Of a stretch of 64,000 nt of DNA, positions 28,033 through 43,360 are shown one piece after another. The stretch lies in NCBI RefSeq assembly GCF_009914755.1, contig NC_060940.1; one strand, given 5' to 3'. The translations under genes and the position numbers were made by a program. This DNA comes from the human T2T-CHM13v2.0 reference genome, Homo sapiens. Under the pieces are notes generated by a model, which saw nothing but the letters and a program-made list of their open reading frames with translations, did not search any database and had not been told where the DNA came from. Numbering within the stretch: the stretch's first letter is position 1; each line of letters starts with the position of its first letter.

Positions 28033-28519
28033 TTAAAACAATTCCTTTATCTTCGTGAGAAATGGCATTTGAGTTTTCGAATTCTAGTAAATAGCCACCA
28101 CTGTAAATCTGCAGGCTCTTGATCCTAGATAGCCATTGCCTCTACAGAAATCTGTTGAGCTGAGGGAAAGTTCTCCCATTGAAAATAATTCTGTACTTTA
28201 CATGCAGCCTGTGGTCCCTGACAATTGATATATTGCCACAGAATTAAACACGCTTTTCTTTGTCATTGCTGGGCAGAGATGACTTTGGTTTATGAATGTT
28301 CCAGATTACTTTCTACCTGCCTGTCTCTGCTGAGTACAGAGAAGTTTCATGACCCAGTGCCTCCATCTGATTCCAGATGACACATGGATGACCCCAAAAT
28401 GTTGCAGCCAGGTTGGAATGAAGTGGGCCAGATTGGGAAGGACTTGACTGGATTGAAATGGAGTGGGCTAGACTGGGATGGAGTGGAACAGAATGGTAGA
28501 GAGAAATCAGCCCATAGGT

Positions 28520-29047
<528 letters not shown>

Positions 29048-29654
29048 CTATCATCAACTTGTATAACTTGCAATGTGTTAAACCTCTGCACAAGAGGGAG
29101 AAATTACCTGGAATATACAATTTTTTAAAACCCCACAAATTACAGTCACTTTCTGCCTAGGGTTGTGAACAGATGACTGCAAGGAGTTTGGCTTTCACAT
29201 TCCCAGTGGATGAGAGAAAAATTGGCAATTGTTTCTTCCCTTCCAAAAAGCAGAAAAGTCCTGGCATATCCTCATTGTGTGTGTTTCACCAAAATCAGTG
29301 TCTTTGAGTCCTGGTGTTAGCCTCATCTTTCAGTTTTTCCATCTTGAGGAAGGTTGTTTTTTTCTCTACCTAGTACCAAAATAGTAGGTCAAAGCAAAAG
29401 CAACTTCCAAACAACTGGCTGTTCCAGCCTCTCCCAGATGTCAGATGATGAGTGTGATTGTTTTAGTGGCTCAGACATGCCCTGTGAGAGTTATTATGAC
29501 TGTACAGCAGACAAACAGAAACAGGCTGCTGAGCCATTTGCTGGGTCATCCTTGTCCTGGGAATCGAGCCTTCTCAGCCAGTCCATCAAGCTTCACCAGT
29601 TTCATCTCTGTAAATGTCCACATTATGGTGTTTTCTTTGCCCATTGGATCAGCG

Positions 29655-29848
29655 AGGCTGTAGTGACAGAAAACTCAGGAAAACAGTGGCTTTTAAAAGT
29701 TAAAAGTAGGCTTTCTTCAGTCCAGGCATGGTGGCTTAGCTTCTAATCCCAGCACTTTGGGAGGCTGAGGCAGGTGGATCACTTGAGATCAGGAGTTCGA
29801 GACCAGCCTGGCCAACATGATGAAACCCCGTCTTTACTAAAAATACCA

Positions 29849-29880
<32 letters not shown>

Positions 29881-30420
29881 AAAACCTAGCTGGGCATGGT
29901 GGCACACATCGATAATCCCAGATACTTGGGAGGCTGAGGCATGAGAGTTGCTTGAACCCAGAGGCAAAGGATGCAGTGAGCCAAGCTCACACCATCGTAC
30001 TCCAGCCTGGGCAACAGAGTGAGGCTCTGTCTCAGAAAAACAAAAAAAAAAGAAAGAAAGATGGATATTTTCTTTTTAAATAAGGTGAAACGTAGAGATG
30101 ACAAAGACAGAGGTGCAGAGACTCCTTGACTTCCCTTCTATTGCGGTATTCCACCATCCAGAACTCTTGGTTTCTGCCTTCCCATCCAAGACAGTGGCTT
30201 GATTTCGGCCATCATACCCTCATTCAGATGGGCAGGAAAGAGAATCGGGAAAGTTAAGTCACATTTCCTCTCTTTAAGGGTACTTCCTGGAAGCTGCATG
30301 TACCAATTTCACTTACATTTCATTATCCCGAAATTAGTCACATGGGTACCTCTACCTGCAAAGGAGGCTTGGAAAAAAGTAGTAGATATTATGGCGGTGG
30401 GGGGTGGTGAGTGTGCCCTG
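29655..30420 (-). mobile_element. MLT1J-like MaLR LTR split by an Alu
   Basis: gctgtagtgacagaaaactc...cagtggctt | ...cttacatttcatt...gaaattagtcacatggg...ctgcaaaggaggcttggaaaa. Confidence 0.6.
29719..30060 (+). mobile_element. Full-length Alu with expanded middle A-rich linker
   Basis: Dimeric Alu; linker (CAAAA)n at about 29847-29885. Confidence 0.94.
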
Positions 30421-30859
30421 CTGAAGAATTGAGTCTCTTCTTAAGAAAAAAAGGAGAGATGGGGAGGAATATGACACTGTTTGCCTCATCCATATTGAGG
30501 GAGGCAGTGTTCCCTGCAGCAACATCTCATAAACATTGGTTAAAACTATGCGTTTGTAGTTATTTTGCTGTCAACTGGATTGCAACATCTTTCCCAACAA
30601 TTGATTGCTCACTTTTATTTTCCCACTTTCATTAGGCCTGGATTATGTTATGTTCTGGGAAGAATCGGAACAAAGGGTTGAGGGCTGTGATTTATTATTT
30701 AAAGTTTAGGTGGGAAGAATAGGAACAGAGAAAGATGTCTCTGCCAGCTGGGATTGTGTCTTGCTCATCTTTGATTTTCCTTGCAACCTCAGTGCTCCTT
30801 TATCCAAGGAAGCGCCCATTCTAAGTACCAGGGTCACAGTGGGCAACAAGGCAGGCCAT

Positions 30860-31140
30860 CTCACAACCCTCATGGAAATAACAGATCAAGGTAAGTACCA
30901 TCAAGGAGATTAATGGGATGAAGTTGCAAAGAGGCACTGAGGCCGGGAGAGGGCCCGCTTTAGATGTGGAGTAGACAGGGAAGGCCACTTTGAGATGACA
31001 TCTGATTTGTAGCCTGAAGGATGAGATTAAAGTCACCCACTCAAAGAACCAGGGAGAGAGCTGTAATGTGCCCAAGACTGAAATGGGGAAAAGTTTGGTG
31101 TGTTTAGGAGAACACAGAGTGCGCCTGTGGGTTGAAATGG
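30860..31140 (-). mobile_element. L2 fragment
   Basis: agacagggaaggccactttgagatgacatctgat...cctgaaggatgag...agtttggtgtgtttagga. Confidence 0.55.
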
Positions 31141-33165
31141 GTTGAAATGAGAAAGAGATGCCTTATATAGAGAAGATGTCTTATGGTTCTGCTCAATATT
31201 GGAGGGTCATACTTTCTGCTTCCCCAGGAATTTTGTTTGAAATCCATTTGTGTAGAAGTTCTTAGTCACCCCAGTCTTAGCTGGAATCATTCTAGCATAG
31301 AATTGAATTTGAGCATTGAGAATTCATGCTCAAACTGTGGGGCCGGTGTGGGATGGCAAGGAGAATGATATCTATGTTTTCACGGGAGGGTATAAAGAGA
31401 GAGGCTCTGATAAACACATTCAATTGGTTGGGGGAAAAAAGTAAACTTATTTGGAGGTACATTTCTGGAATCGCCTGATTTGAACTGAGCAGTGCAGCCT
31501 CCATTTATGAAACCATTTCTCTGAATGTTTCTTTTTTCCAATCTGTCTTCCATTCTGACAGATGTGGCATATCTTGTGCCCAATTCAACAAGAACTAGTC
31601 TCCCTCCCTTCCTGTCTCTCTCTCTCCTTCCTTGGAGCTTAGAGCTTCTGCTAGTGTCTGCTCCTTTCCTAGTTGGCATGGTAGTTGCTCCATTTGTTTT
31701 TGTAAATTGAGGAATTTTCTTTTTGTTTGTAAATTTGTCATTATCTCCTACAAAGCACCCTGCCATGGTTTTTTAAATATCTTGATGTCTTCACATTGGA
31801 AGCACCACTCCATCTGTGAACTAGATGCTTCCATCCCAAAATGCCATTCCAAAGGAGAAAGTTGGAACCAAAAGTGCTGGTAGCAGTGGCCACCACCAGC
31901 AACATCCACTATTACAGGATTAATAGGAATTAAATCTGCTTCAGCTGTGAAGTGAGCCAAAGCTTTACTTGCAAGTGGGGCTAAAACATTTTTTTTTAAG
32001 GATTTACCTTAGGTAAATTGTTCTAGACTATTTTGACTTTAATTTGCTGAGGGTGAATTTGCAATGGGGATTCGATAACCTTACTTTCATAGAGTCTCAA
32101 AACTTATAGTTACACAACTTCTTCTACTGCCTGCCCATTGCTTTGGGTTCCTTTTCTTGCAAGTTGCAATTTGTTTGGTTTTTCAGTGTTCTCTTGGATA
32201 ATCCATCTGGATCACTTTGACTACCAATTTTGCAGCTTCCTGTCATGAAAGGAGAAAAACTGAGGTCCAAGGAAGTATGCAACCGTTTCCATAACCATGC
32301 CATATCCCTGCATGAACTTGGCTTGACTTTCTCCCAGTGAAGTTGCACTGGGTATGCAGTGGGCTCCAGAGTCATCAAAGTGGCTGTTGCCCTTAAATAG
32401 TCATTGCATTATACTGTTCTCTTGTTGGAAACCCGTCAAATAGTCTTAAACTGAAGTTCAAATGCTCCCACTGGCTGGTAGGACAGTGAGTGATCAGATT
32501 GCATCAGGCCCATCGGTTCTCATTGCTTACCATTCACCTCCTCGCTCACATCACTACAGCCACAGGGCCCTTCTCTGCAGACCTCAGACCCACCACATTC
32601 TCTTCCTCTTCAGGACCTTTTGCTCATACTCTCCCCACCGCTAATGTGCTCTTCCCCTTCCTTGTCTTCAGTAATCCGGATCACTGGATAGAAGCCACAC
32701 CCCTTGGAAAGCAGTCCCTGAGGCCTAAGTGCCAGGCAGGTGCTCAGCTCTTTTTTGCAGCCTATGTTGTCTTTTCTTAGCATGCCACTGAAACTTCTAA
32801 CTATCTGATTAGTTTTTTTGTTTTATTTCTGTCTTGCTCAGGAAATTTCTTTTCCTTGATTACCTCTGAGTCCATGGCATATGACCTAACATGTAGTAAA
32901 TGTGCAGTGAGCATTGGTTGAATAATTGAGCGAAGGAATTCCGAGTTCTGTGTGTGGGAACCGACTCTGATAAGAGCAAACGCTTGACACCCAACCTCGT
33001 CCTGCCTCCCATGCCGCATCACCCTATTTCCAATATTGTGGGTGGGGCTGATGGTTCAAAGATGTACTTCATTCCATTTCCTTTTTCCCTACAAGCCATT
33101 CAACAACCATAACGGAGACAGTTATCTGGGGCTATTTTCTAGATGTTAGACACGAGGAAACCTGA

Positions 33166-33570
<405 letters not shown>

Positions 33571-34039
33571 TGACATTTTGCATAGCTTACAACATTTATT
33601 AAACATTTAAAGACCTGAAGCCTTCTTAAATTAGTGTTTCTCAAGCCCTTCTTGTGCAGGATATGTGCGTCAACCACCAAATTAGCTTTGGTGCACCCAG
33701 CGTGGGAAAAGGAGCTTTTCTTTACCATGTTAGCTCTCTCAACTGCCTTCCTTGTACTTTTAGCTTCAGCCTTTTTGAACCAACTACTCTGAATTCTTCA
33801 GAATCCCTCTGTCTCTCTTCCTTCTGCCCCCTCTTCTGCCCAGATTCTTCTTGCTCCCTCTCCTCCTCACTTCTTGTACATTTAAAAATCCTGTCTTCCT
33901 AGAAGAGTCATACCACTTTCTCTTCACATGCAGCATCCTTCCTGGTATTGTGGGTCCATGGTAGGTTTATTATTCCTTACTAAACATTCTGGCTTCTCTT
34001 TTTGTGGTATTTCTTACTGCAGGAGGATTTTTACATCCC

Positions 34040-34343
34040 CATCAGGAATGGCCATACATCTTACTTCAGCTAATGAAACGTGGGGGAAGTGAGATGTGTC
34101 ACTTCTGGGCGGAAGCTTTAAGAGCCTCTATCTGACTCAACTTATTCTCTTCTCCCACTGTGGAGAGATCAGTGAGTCACTTCTCTATCAGCCTGGACCC
34201 TTGAGAGAAGATGACATGTAGCAAAGCCATAGCTAAAAGACAGCCAACACATAGCCTAGTGAGAAATAAATCTTCACTGCTGCAAGCTACCAAAAGTCTG
34301 AGGTCAGTTGTTACTGCAGCGTCTAGCCCATCCTGAATGATAT
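34040..34343 (+). mobile_element. MLT1I/J-like MaLR LTR
   Basis: ggaagtgagatgtgtcacttctgggcggaagctttaagagcc...gagaaataaatcttc...ttgttactgcagc...tcctgaatgata. Confidence 0.7.
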
Positions 34344-34436
34344 TCCGTTGTGTCTCAGAAGCCATTTCTTTGTAAAACCTTCCAAGTCTCTAGCAGAATC
34401 TCAGAATCTAAGAGTCTTAGAATCTATTTACTAACA

Positions 34437-34750
<314 letters not shown>

Positions 34751-36434
34751 CTATTTAATAACAGAATCCTAGAAGAACCTTAGAATGTTAGAATCCTTAA
34801 AGTCTGTTGCTTTTATCATGTGTTCCCATGGCATTCCCTCATAATTAGTTTTTTTGTCTGTCTTCTGTATGACATTCAGTTCTGTGCAGGCAGGAAGCTT
34901 GATTGATTCGCTTCTGAATTCCATACTCTTAGCAGAGTGCCTTATGATTGGCATTCAGTAAATCACTGTGACTGAAAGCAAATGGAGCAGTGCAAAGAGA
35001 TTTCTGGCTCCACCACCATCATGAATATTTTTGATGGGATAGGTTCTAGTGAAAAGCGGTATCCACCTCTATGGAAACATGGTGGTGTTTGAAGAGTTCC
35101 CCACAGCCACACAAAATGGAGGCACCCACTTGGAACTGAATTGATTATTTATGGCAAACTCTGGATCCCAGTCAGGAATCTGAAAAAGGGGGAAAAAAAT
35201 CTGGGGCAGTGATCAAAGGAAAAGTATTTGGAGTATATGGGCAGAAAAAAAACTGTCAGAGATATTAATTTAAATTCACAATTCATACACTAACACCGTA
35301 GGATCATGTTTCTTAGGTCAATGAACTCTACTCATATTATTTGGTGATTTGTTTGACCTCTCCTGATAAACCCCGATTTCACTATCTCCTATGTGTCCCT
35401 CCTCTTCTGTTCCTTATAGGACTTGAGGGGTGTCCCCTTGGCTTCTTATCTCTTTCTCTGTAGCCTAAGAGAAATAGACCATGGATATATCCAGTTGCAA
35501 TGGAATCCAGTTGATTCCTTTGTGAAAACGAGCAACAGTCCTTTCTTTAGCAGAGAAGCTAGAGTCTTATCTGACAGATTTCTTTTTTTACCATAAGTTT
35601 TTCTGAAGGTATGGGTGGAAGACTGCAAAACCCTGAACATCAACAAGCTTCAGTGTTGCAGATACTAGGAGAGATCTACTCCTAAAACCAACAATCAAAA
35701 CTTCTGTTTTTTTCCCTTTTTCCCATGAAAGAGTCAACTGAATTCGGGTACAAGTCGCTTAGATTTACCAAGTATGATAACCAGGTGTGTGGCTATTCTG
35801 AGCATCCATAGCTGAAACCCACAGGTTGGACATCCTGTGACAGTTTCTTAGCCTGCAAAGAACAGTGAGCATGAAAGCTTTAAATGGGCTATTACCTTTT
35901 TATATTTATCCCAAACTGCTAAGGTCAGCATTAAAATTTGACCTTTTCCCTGCCAACCCGTTTGAAGTAATTAACCCCTGTGTCTTGAAACACAAGGAAG
36001 CTATGACTTTGTTATTAAATTCTCATAAAGAGCCTATTAATATTAAAATTGCTTCACTCTTGGGCTGAATGTATTAATGGCCTTGCACTGGGTAAACACA
36101 AACCCTCAGCTCAGTGTTTTAAAATGCATGAGTTGAGGGCAGAGCATGTTCTTCCAGCTACCTTTTCTGTAGCAGAACGTTATGCCTTTTGTGACAATTT
36201 CCTCTCCAATTTGTTCAAATGCTTTTGTTTTGAATCTGTGTCCCTAGATTTACATCTCTTTATGGGGAAACTCATTTCCCTGCTAGCAGGTATGGAGCAG
36301 GTCGAATGGAGGAGAACTCCCGTGATGACCTCTGCTCCCATCACCCTAATCATCGCCTTCCAGGACAGTGCTCAGACCCTAACTGTCTTGGTATGAAGCA
36401 CAGCTTGTGATTATTCTTTTAGTGGGTCCAAGAT

Positions 36435-36575
36435 AGCTGTGTTCAAGCACCTGTGAAATGTGCTTAAAAATGCAGAGGTACGCAATCCAGCATAGACCTC
36501 CTGAATCAGAATTGACAGAGATGAGACCTTCCTGAATCTGCAGTATAAATTAAATTCTCAAGGGTTTACTCTAGT
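36435..36575. mobile_element. MER5A-like fragment
   Basis: cacctgtgaaatgtgcttaaaaatgcaga...agacctcctgaatcagaa...gaatctgca. Confidence 0.55.
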
Positions 36576-36604
36576 AAACCCTACTGTGAACCTGACTATA
36601 GTTC

Positions 36605-36786
36605 AGTTTGTTAATTCAATCATTCAAAATATGCATCGAACAGTTATTATATGCCAGGGTTTATGGCCTTGGGAATACAGTGGAAAATTGAAAGAGTCAG
36701 GTGTTTGTTCTTAGGGATCTTACAGTTCATCGAAGAAACACACAACACACAAACATGCAAGTAAATAATTAAAAATAGTTATAAGT
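36605..36786 (-). mobile_element. L2 3' tail (continues at about 42785-42960, beyond the L1)
   Basis: ttcaatcattcaaaatatgcatcga...tatgccagg...gggaatacagtgg...gatcttacagttc. Confidence 0.6.
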
Positions 36787-36864
36787 GGACTTCTGGAAAG
36801 ATGAAGTAAACATTTTTTCCCTGTTCCTCCAACAGAGAACAAACAAAATGCCTAAACAGAAGTG

Positions 36865-37373
36865 CAGTCTTCCCGCAGTATCAGTGGGGGACTGGTTCCA
36901 GGACAGTCCAAAATCCATGGATGTTCAAGTTCCTGATATAAAATGGCATAGTGTTTGCATATAACCTAAAAACATCCTCCTGTATGCTTTGTGGGGACAT
37001 ATCTCTCACTTCAAGCATTTATCATTTTATTTGTGTCATCTGATATACTTTAAAACATCTTTACATTACTTATAATACCTAACATAATATAAATGCTACG
37101 TAAGCTATGTCAGCAAGAGGGACAACAACAATAAGCATTAGTATGACAGATTTCTCTTCTCTGCTGTTTTCAAAATTATGCTGTATGCTTAAGCAAAAAT
37201 TATACTGTCTGATGTGATTGGTGAATATGTAAGTAGTAAATAGTTGTTATACTGTCATTTAATTTGTATTATTTTTATTGTATTGTTATTTATTTTTAAA
37301 TTTTTGGAATATTTTTGATGTGTGGTTGGTAGCATCTGTGGATATAGAACCCATGGATATAGAGGGCTGACTG
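36865..37373 (+). mobile_element. MER2 (TcMar-Tigger MITE) carrying two foreign inserts
   Basis: TIR-like ends cagtcttcccgcagtatc and gatatagagggctgactg; internal ggttccaggac...cctgatataaaatggcatagtgtttgcatataaccta... Confidence 0.88.
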
Positions 37374-39129
37374 GATATAGTTTCAAATCACTGAGTAAAT
37401 CCCAAGTCAGATTAACTGAAGGAAATCCACACCAAGTCACATGATAGTCAAACTTCTGAAAAGTCAAGGCAACGAAAACATCTTGGAAGTAACGAGAGTA
37501 AAATGCACACCATCCTTATAGGAGGAAACCCATTTGAAAGAGAACAGATTTCTCATCAGAAGCCACAGAGTCAAATAAGAAATGGTGTTTTCCAAGTGCT
37601 GAAAGAAAATACTTGTCAACTCAGAATTCTGTATTGAGTGAAAATCTCCTTCGGAGATGAAGGAGAAATCAAGACATTTTCAGATGAAGAAAAACTAAAA
37701 GAATTGGTTGGCAGCTGGTCTACCTTAAAAGAATGGCTGAAAGAAATTTTCTAAACAGAAAGGAAAGGATAAAAGCAGGAATTTTAGAACATCAGCAAGG
37801 AGGAAAACAAAAATAGCCATTAATATGATAAATTTTCCTTCTCTGGTGTTTTCAAAATTATGCTTTATCTTTAAGCAAAAATTATAATACCATCTGATGT
37901 GATTCAAAATACAAGTAGTAGGAAGATTTAAGACAATTATATTTTAAATGGGGAGAGGAAGGGAACATAAAGGGAGTTAAGATTTCCACACTTCATTCAA
38001 ACTGGTGAAAACATAGCACCAGGCTGTGACAAGTTATGTATGTATATTGCACTACCTAGATAACTGCTAAAAAAATCTGTAAAAGGAGATTCACTCAAAC
38101 AGACTATAGGCAAATTAAAATTTAATTATGAAAATATTTCAGCAACCTAGAGAAAGGCAGAAAAGGCAAACTGAAAAACACAACAGAAAGAACAAATAAA
38201 AAAAAAGAATAAAGTGGCAAAATTAAGCACTAACATACCAATAATTACATTAAATGGCAATGGCCTATATACACCCTTTGTAAGAGATTGTTAGAGTGGA
38301 TTAAAGTATACAACCTAACTATATGCTGTTGACAAGAAACTCCTTTCAAATTTAATAGTATAGGTAGACTGAAAGTAAAAGGATGGAAAAAAGATAGAGT
38401 ATGGAAACATCAATCAAAAGAAAGTAGGAGTAGCTATATTATCAGATAAAGTAGATTTAAGAGCAAAAAAAAAAAAAAACAACTAGAAATAGAGACGATA
38501 TGTAATGATACAGTGATACAGTGTCAGTCCAACAAGAATAGCAGTCCTAAATGTGCACTCATTAAACACAGAGCTACACAATATATGAAGAAAGAAATAT
38601 ATAACTCAAAGGAGAAATGGAAGAATATCACAATTATAGTCAGAGGCTAAACACTATTAGGAATTAATAGGAAAACTAGACTGAAAATCAGAAGGATAAA
38701 GAACAATGCAACCATTATCCATCAACGAGGTCTAATCAACATTATAGAACACTCCCAATGACAGCAGAAGGCGTTTCTTTTTCATGTCCATGGGAGATAT
38801 CCTGGGCCATAAAACAAAGTTTAACAAATTTAAAATAATTGAAATGATACAGTGACCACAATGGAATTGAGTTATAAATTAATACCAGAAAGATAACAGG
38901 AGAATCTGCAAACATTTGGCCACTAGACAGCACATTGCCGAATAAATTCCATGGATTAAAGAAGGAGTCTCCAGGAAAATAAATAAGTGTATTGGGCAGA
39001 ATGAATGTGGAAATACATCACAATTTGTGGGACACAGCTAAAGTAATACTGAGAGGAAATTTATAGCAATAAATGAATACATTAGAGAAGAGGAAAAGCT
39101 TCAAATCACTAATCTAAACTCCCACCTTA

Positions 39130-39446
<317 letters not shown>

Positions 39447-40981
39447 GGGAAGGAAGTTATAAAGATGAGAGCAGAAATCGATGAAATTCAAAACAGTAAA
39501 ACAATAGAGGAAAATCAGTACAAAGAAGAAGCTGGCTTTTTGAACAGATGAGTAAGACAAACCTCCTGACAAATCTGAGCAAAACTGATAGAGAGATGAC
39601 ACAAATTATCAAACAGGGAATATCACTACAGACTTTGCAGATGTCAAAAAGGTAGTAAGGGAATACCGTAAATAACTCCACAAACTTATCTTTGACAACT
39701 TAGATGAAATGGACCACTTCCTTGTAAAATACAAACCATCATATTTTACTCACTGTGAAATGGATAATTTGAATGTCCTATAACTGTTAAAGAAATTGGG
39801 TTTTTAAGTTTAAACCTCCTAAAAAATAAATCTCCAGATCAGGAGGTTTTTGTTAGAGAATTCTACCAGATTTAGAATGAAGCATTAACACCAAGTCCAT
39901 ATATCCTCTTCCAGAAAACAGGAGAGAAATAAGAACTTCTCAATTCATTTTATAAAGCTAGAATTACCCTGACAGTGAATCAGGACAAAGCCAGGAGAAA
40001 AAAGAAAAGAAAACTGTAGACTAATATTCTTGATCACCATTGACTGTAACAAAATATTAACAAATAGAATTCAACAATATATAATAATAATTTTATACCT
40101 TGATCACATAGGGTTTATTTCGGGGATGTTAACACTGGTTCAATATTTACAATTAAATCAATGTAATCTACCCTACCAATAGGCTGAAGAGAAAAATCAT
40201 TCACCGAATCTTATCAATCTATGTAGAAACATACTTGATAAAATTCAACACCCATTCATGGCAAAAACTGTCAGAAAATCAGGAATAAAGAGAATTGAAT
40301 TTGTTAAAGAACACCTACCAAACACCTACAGCTGACATGCTGATACCACAATTAAAAATGCAATGTCATGTACAATGACTCAAAAAATATACTTAGGTGA
40401 AATTTTAACCAAATACAACTTATATGTGAAAAACTGCAAAACTTTTTAAAAATTTAAGGGGAGACATCATTTTCATGGATTGGAAGGCTCATCATAGTAA
40501 AGACATTGATTCTCCCCAAATGGATAAACAGATTTAATAGAATTTCTGTAAAAATCCCGGTAAGCTTTTTTGTGGATAGAGACAACACTATTCTAAAATA
40601 TAAATGAAAGTGCCATGAAATTTAAAAAGCTTAACAATTTTGTAAATGAAGTATAAAGTGGGAGAAATGAGTCTGTTCAAAAACAAAACTTCTTATATAG
40701 CTACAGTAATCCGGTGTGGCAATGGCAGATGGATAGACACATAGATCCATTTTAAAAAGTGTATAGAACCCAGAAATAGACCTACATAAGTATGTCCAAC
40801 TGATTTTTGACAAAGGTGAAAAGGCAATTCAATAGAGGAAAGATAACCTTTCAACATATGGTACTAGAGAAACTGGGAATTCTTGACCAAAATTTTACAT
40901 TTTATACAAAAAAGGCTCAAAATGGATCATTAACTTTGATATAAAACATAAAACTATAAAACATTTAGTAAAGAAAAAAGA

Positions 40982-41295
40982 GGCCCGTTACATTGGCTCA
41001 TGCCTGTAATCCCAGCACTTTGGGAGGCTGAGGCAGGTGAGTCACCCGAGGTCAGGAGTTCAAGACCAGCCTGGCCAACATGGTGAAACCCCTTCTCTAC
41101 TAAAAATACAAAAATTAGCCAGGCATGGTGGCTTCAGCCTGTAATCCTAGTTACTCGGGAGGCTGAGGCAGGAGAATGGCTTGAACCCGGAGGCAGAGGT
41201 TGCAGTGAGCCATGATCATGCCACTGTACTCCAGCCTGGGCAGCAGAGTGAGACTCTGTTTTAAAAAAAAACAAAACAAACCAAAGCAAAGAAAA
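40982..41295 (+). mobile_element. AluSx-like
   Basis: Dimeric Alu with a small right-arm deletion and A-rich tail. Confidence 0.94.
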
Positions 41296-41330
41296 CAGAA
41301 AATCTTTGAGATTTAAAGCTAGGCAAAGAG

Positions 41331-41768
<438 letters not shown>

Positions 41769-43134
41769 TAAAGGGAAGCTTCAGACTTAGAGGAAACTTT
41801 TGCAAGCCATGTATCTGACAAAGGACCAAAATCTAGAATATATGAGGAACTCTCAAAACTGAACCAAAAAAATCAAGCAGTGAGCAAAGGACATGAAGAG
41901 ACATTTTACTGAAGAGGATACACAGATGGCAAGTAAGCACATGAAAAGATGGTCTACATCATTAACCATTAAGGAAATGAAAATTAAAACTGCAGTGTGG
42001 TATCAGTGCACACCTATCAGAAGGGCTAAAACTAAAACAGTGGCAACCCCAGTACTTGCAAGGTTGTTGAGCATTCGGATTACATACACATCGCTGGAGA
42101 GGATGTCAAATGATACATTCCCATAGCCACTTTGAGATATAGTGGAGCAGTTTCTTTAAATGTAAACACGCAGTTATCAGATAACCTAGTAATTGCCTTC
42201 CTGGGCATTTATTCCAGAGACATGGAAACATGTTCACACAAAACCTGTTCACCAATGTTTGTAGCAGCTTTATTCATAATAGATAGAAACTGGGAACAGC
42301 CTACATATATTTCACTGGGCGAATGGCTACAGAAATTGTGGTATATCCATACCACAAAATACAACCCAGTAACAAAAAGGAGTGGACTGTTGATAAATGC
42401 ATGCAACAGCCCAACAGCCTGAATGAATCTCCAGAAAATTATGCCGCATGAAAAATTCCAATTTATGTAAAATTCTTGAGATGACAAAATAATGGAAATG
42501 GAGAACAGATTAGTCATTGCCAGGGGTTGAGAGGAGACAGGGAGGAGGAAGGAAATGGGTGTGGTTATGAAAGGGCAACATGAAGGATCTTTGTGCAAAT
42601 GGAAAAGTTCTGTATCTTGACTGTATTAGCGCTATCATCACGCAATCCCCTGATATCATACTATGGTTTTGAAATCACCCTTGTGGGAGGAACTAGGTAA
42701 CTACACAGGATCTCTGTAACATTATTGCCTACAAATTCATATGAATCTAGAATTATCTCAGAATGAAATATCTAATTTAAAAGGGACATTTATGATGTTA
42801 ATAAAACTAAGTGCTATTCAGAGAATGAGCAGAAGGAGGACAGTTGAACTTTCCTACATAGGCTGTTCTTTTTAAGAAGAAGAGTTGGTCATTGATCCAT
42901 TAATGATGAGAAGGAACCAGTTCTGTCTAGTGGAAAAGCATTCTGGACAACAGAGTGAGACACTGATACCATGTGCTGTGAAAACTTTTAGCTGAGATAT
43001 GTCGCTCTTGTCCGGAGAGTGACATGGAAATATCCAGTCTTGCTTCTACAGAGAGTCACATTGTCTGGTCACACCTATCCCACTGCAAGACAATGTAAGT
43101 GTGTGTACATACCTACATCTCTGAGATTATTTTA

Positions 43135-43360
<226 letters not shown>

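Noticed and set aside
29354-29746. 130-aa Ser/Cys-rich ORF
   Set aside because: Non-ATG start, no recognisable homology, and it runs into MLT1 and Alu sequence.
41893-42422. ORFs resembling a real protein (MKRHFTEED..., LGIYSRDM...)
   Set aside because: Remnants of the L1 ORF2p C-terminus in a dead, frameshifted L1; not a host gene.
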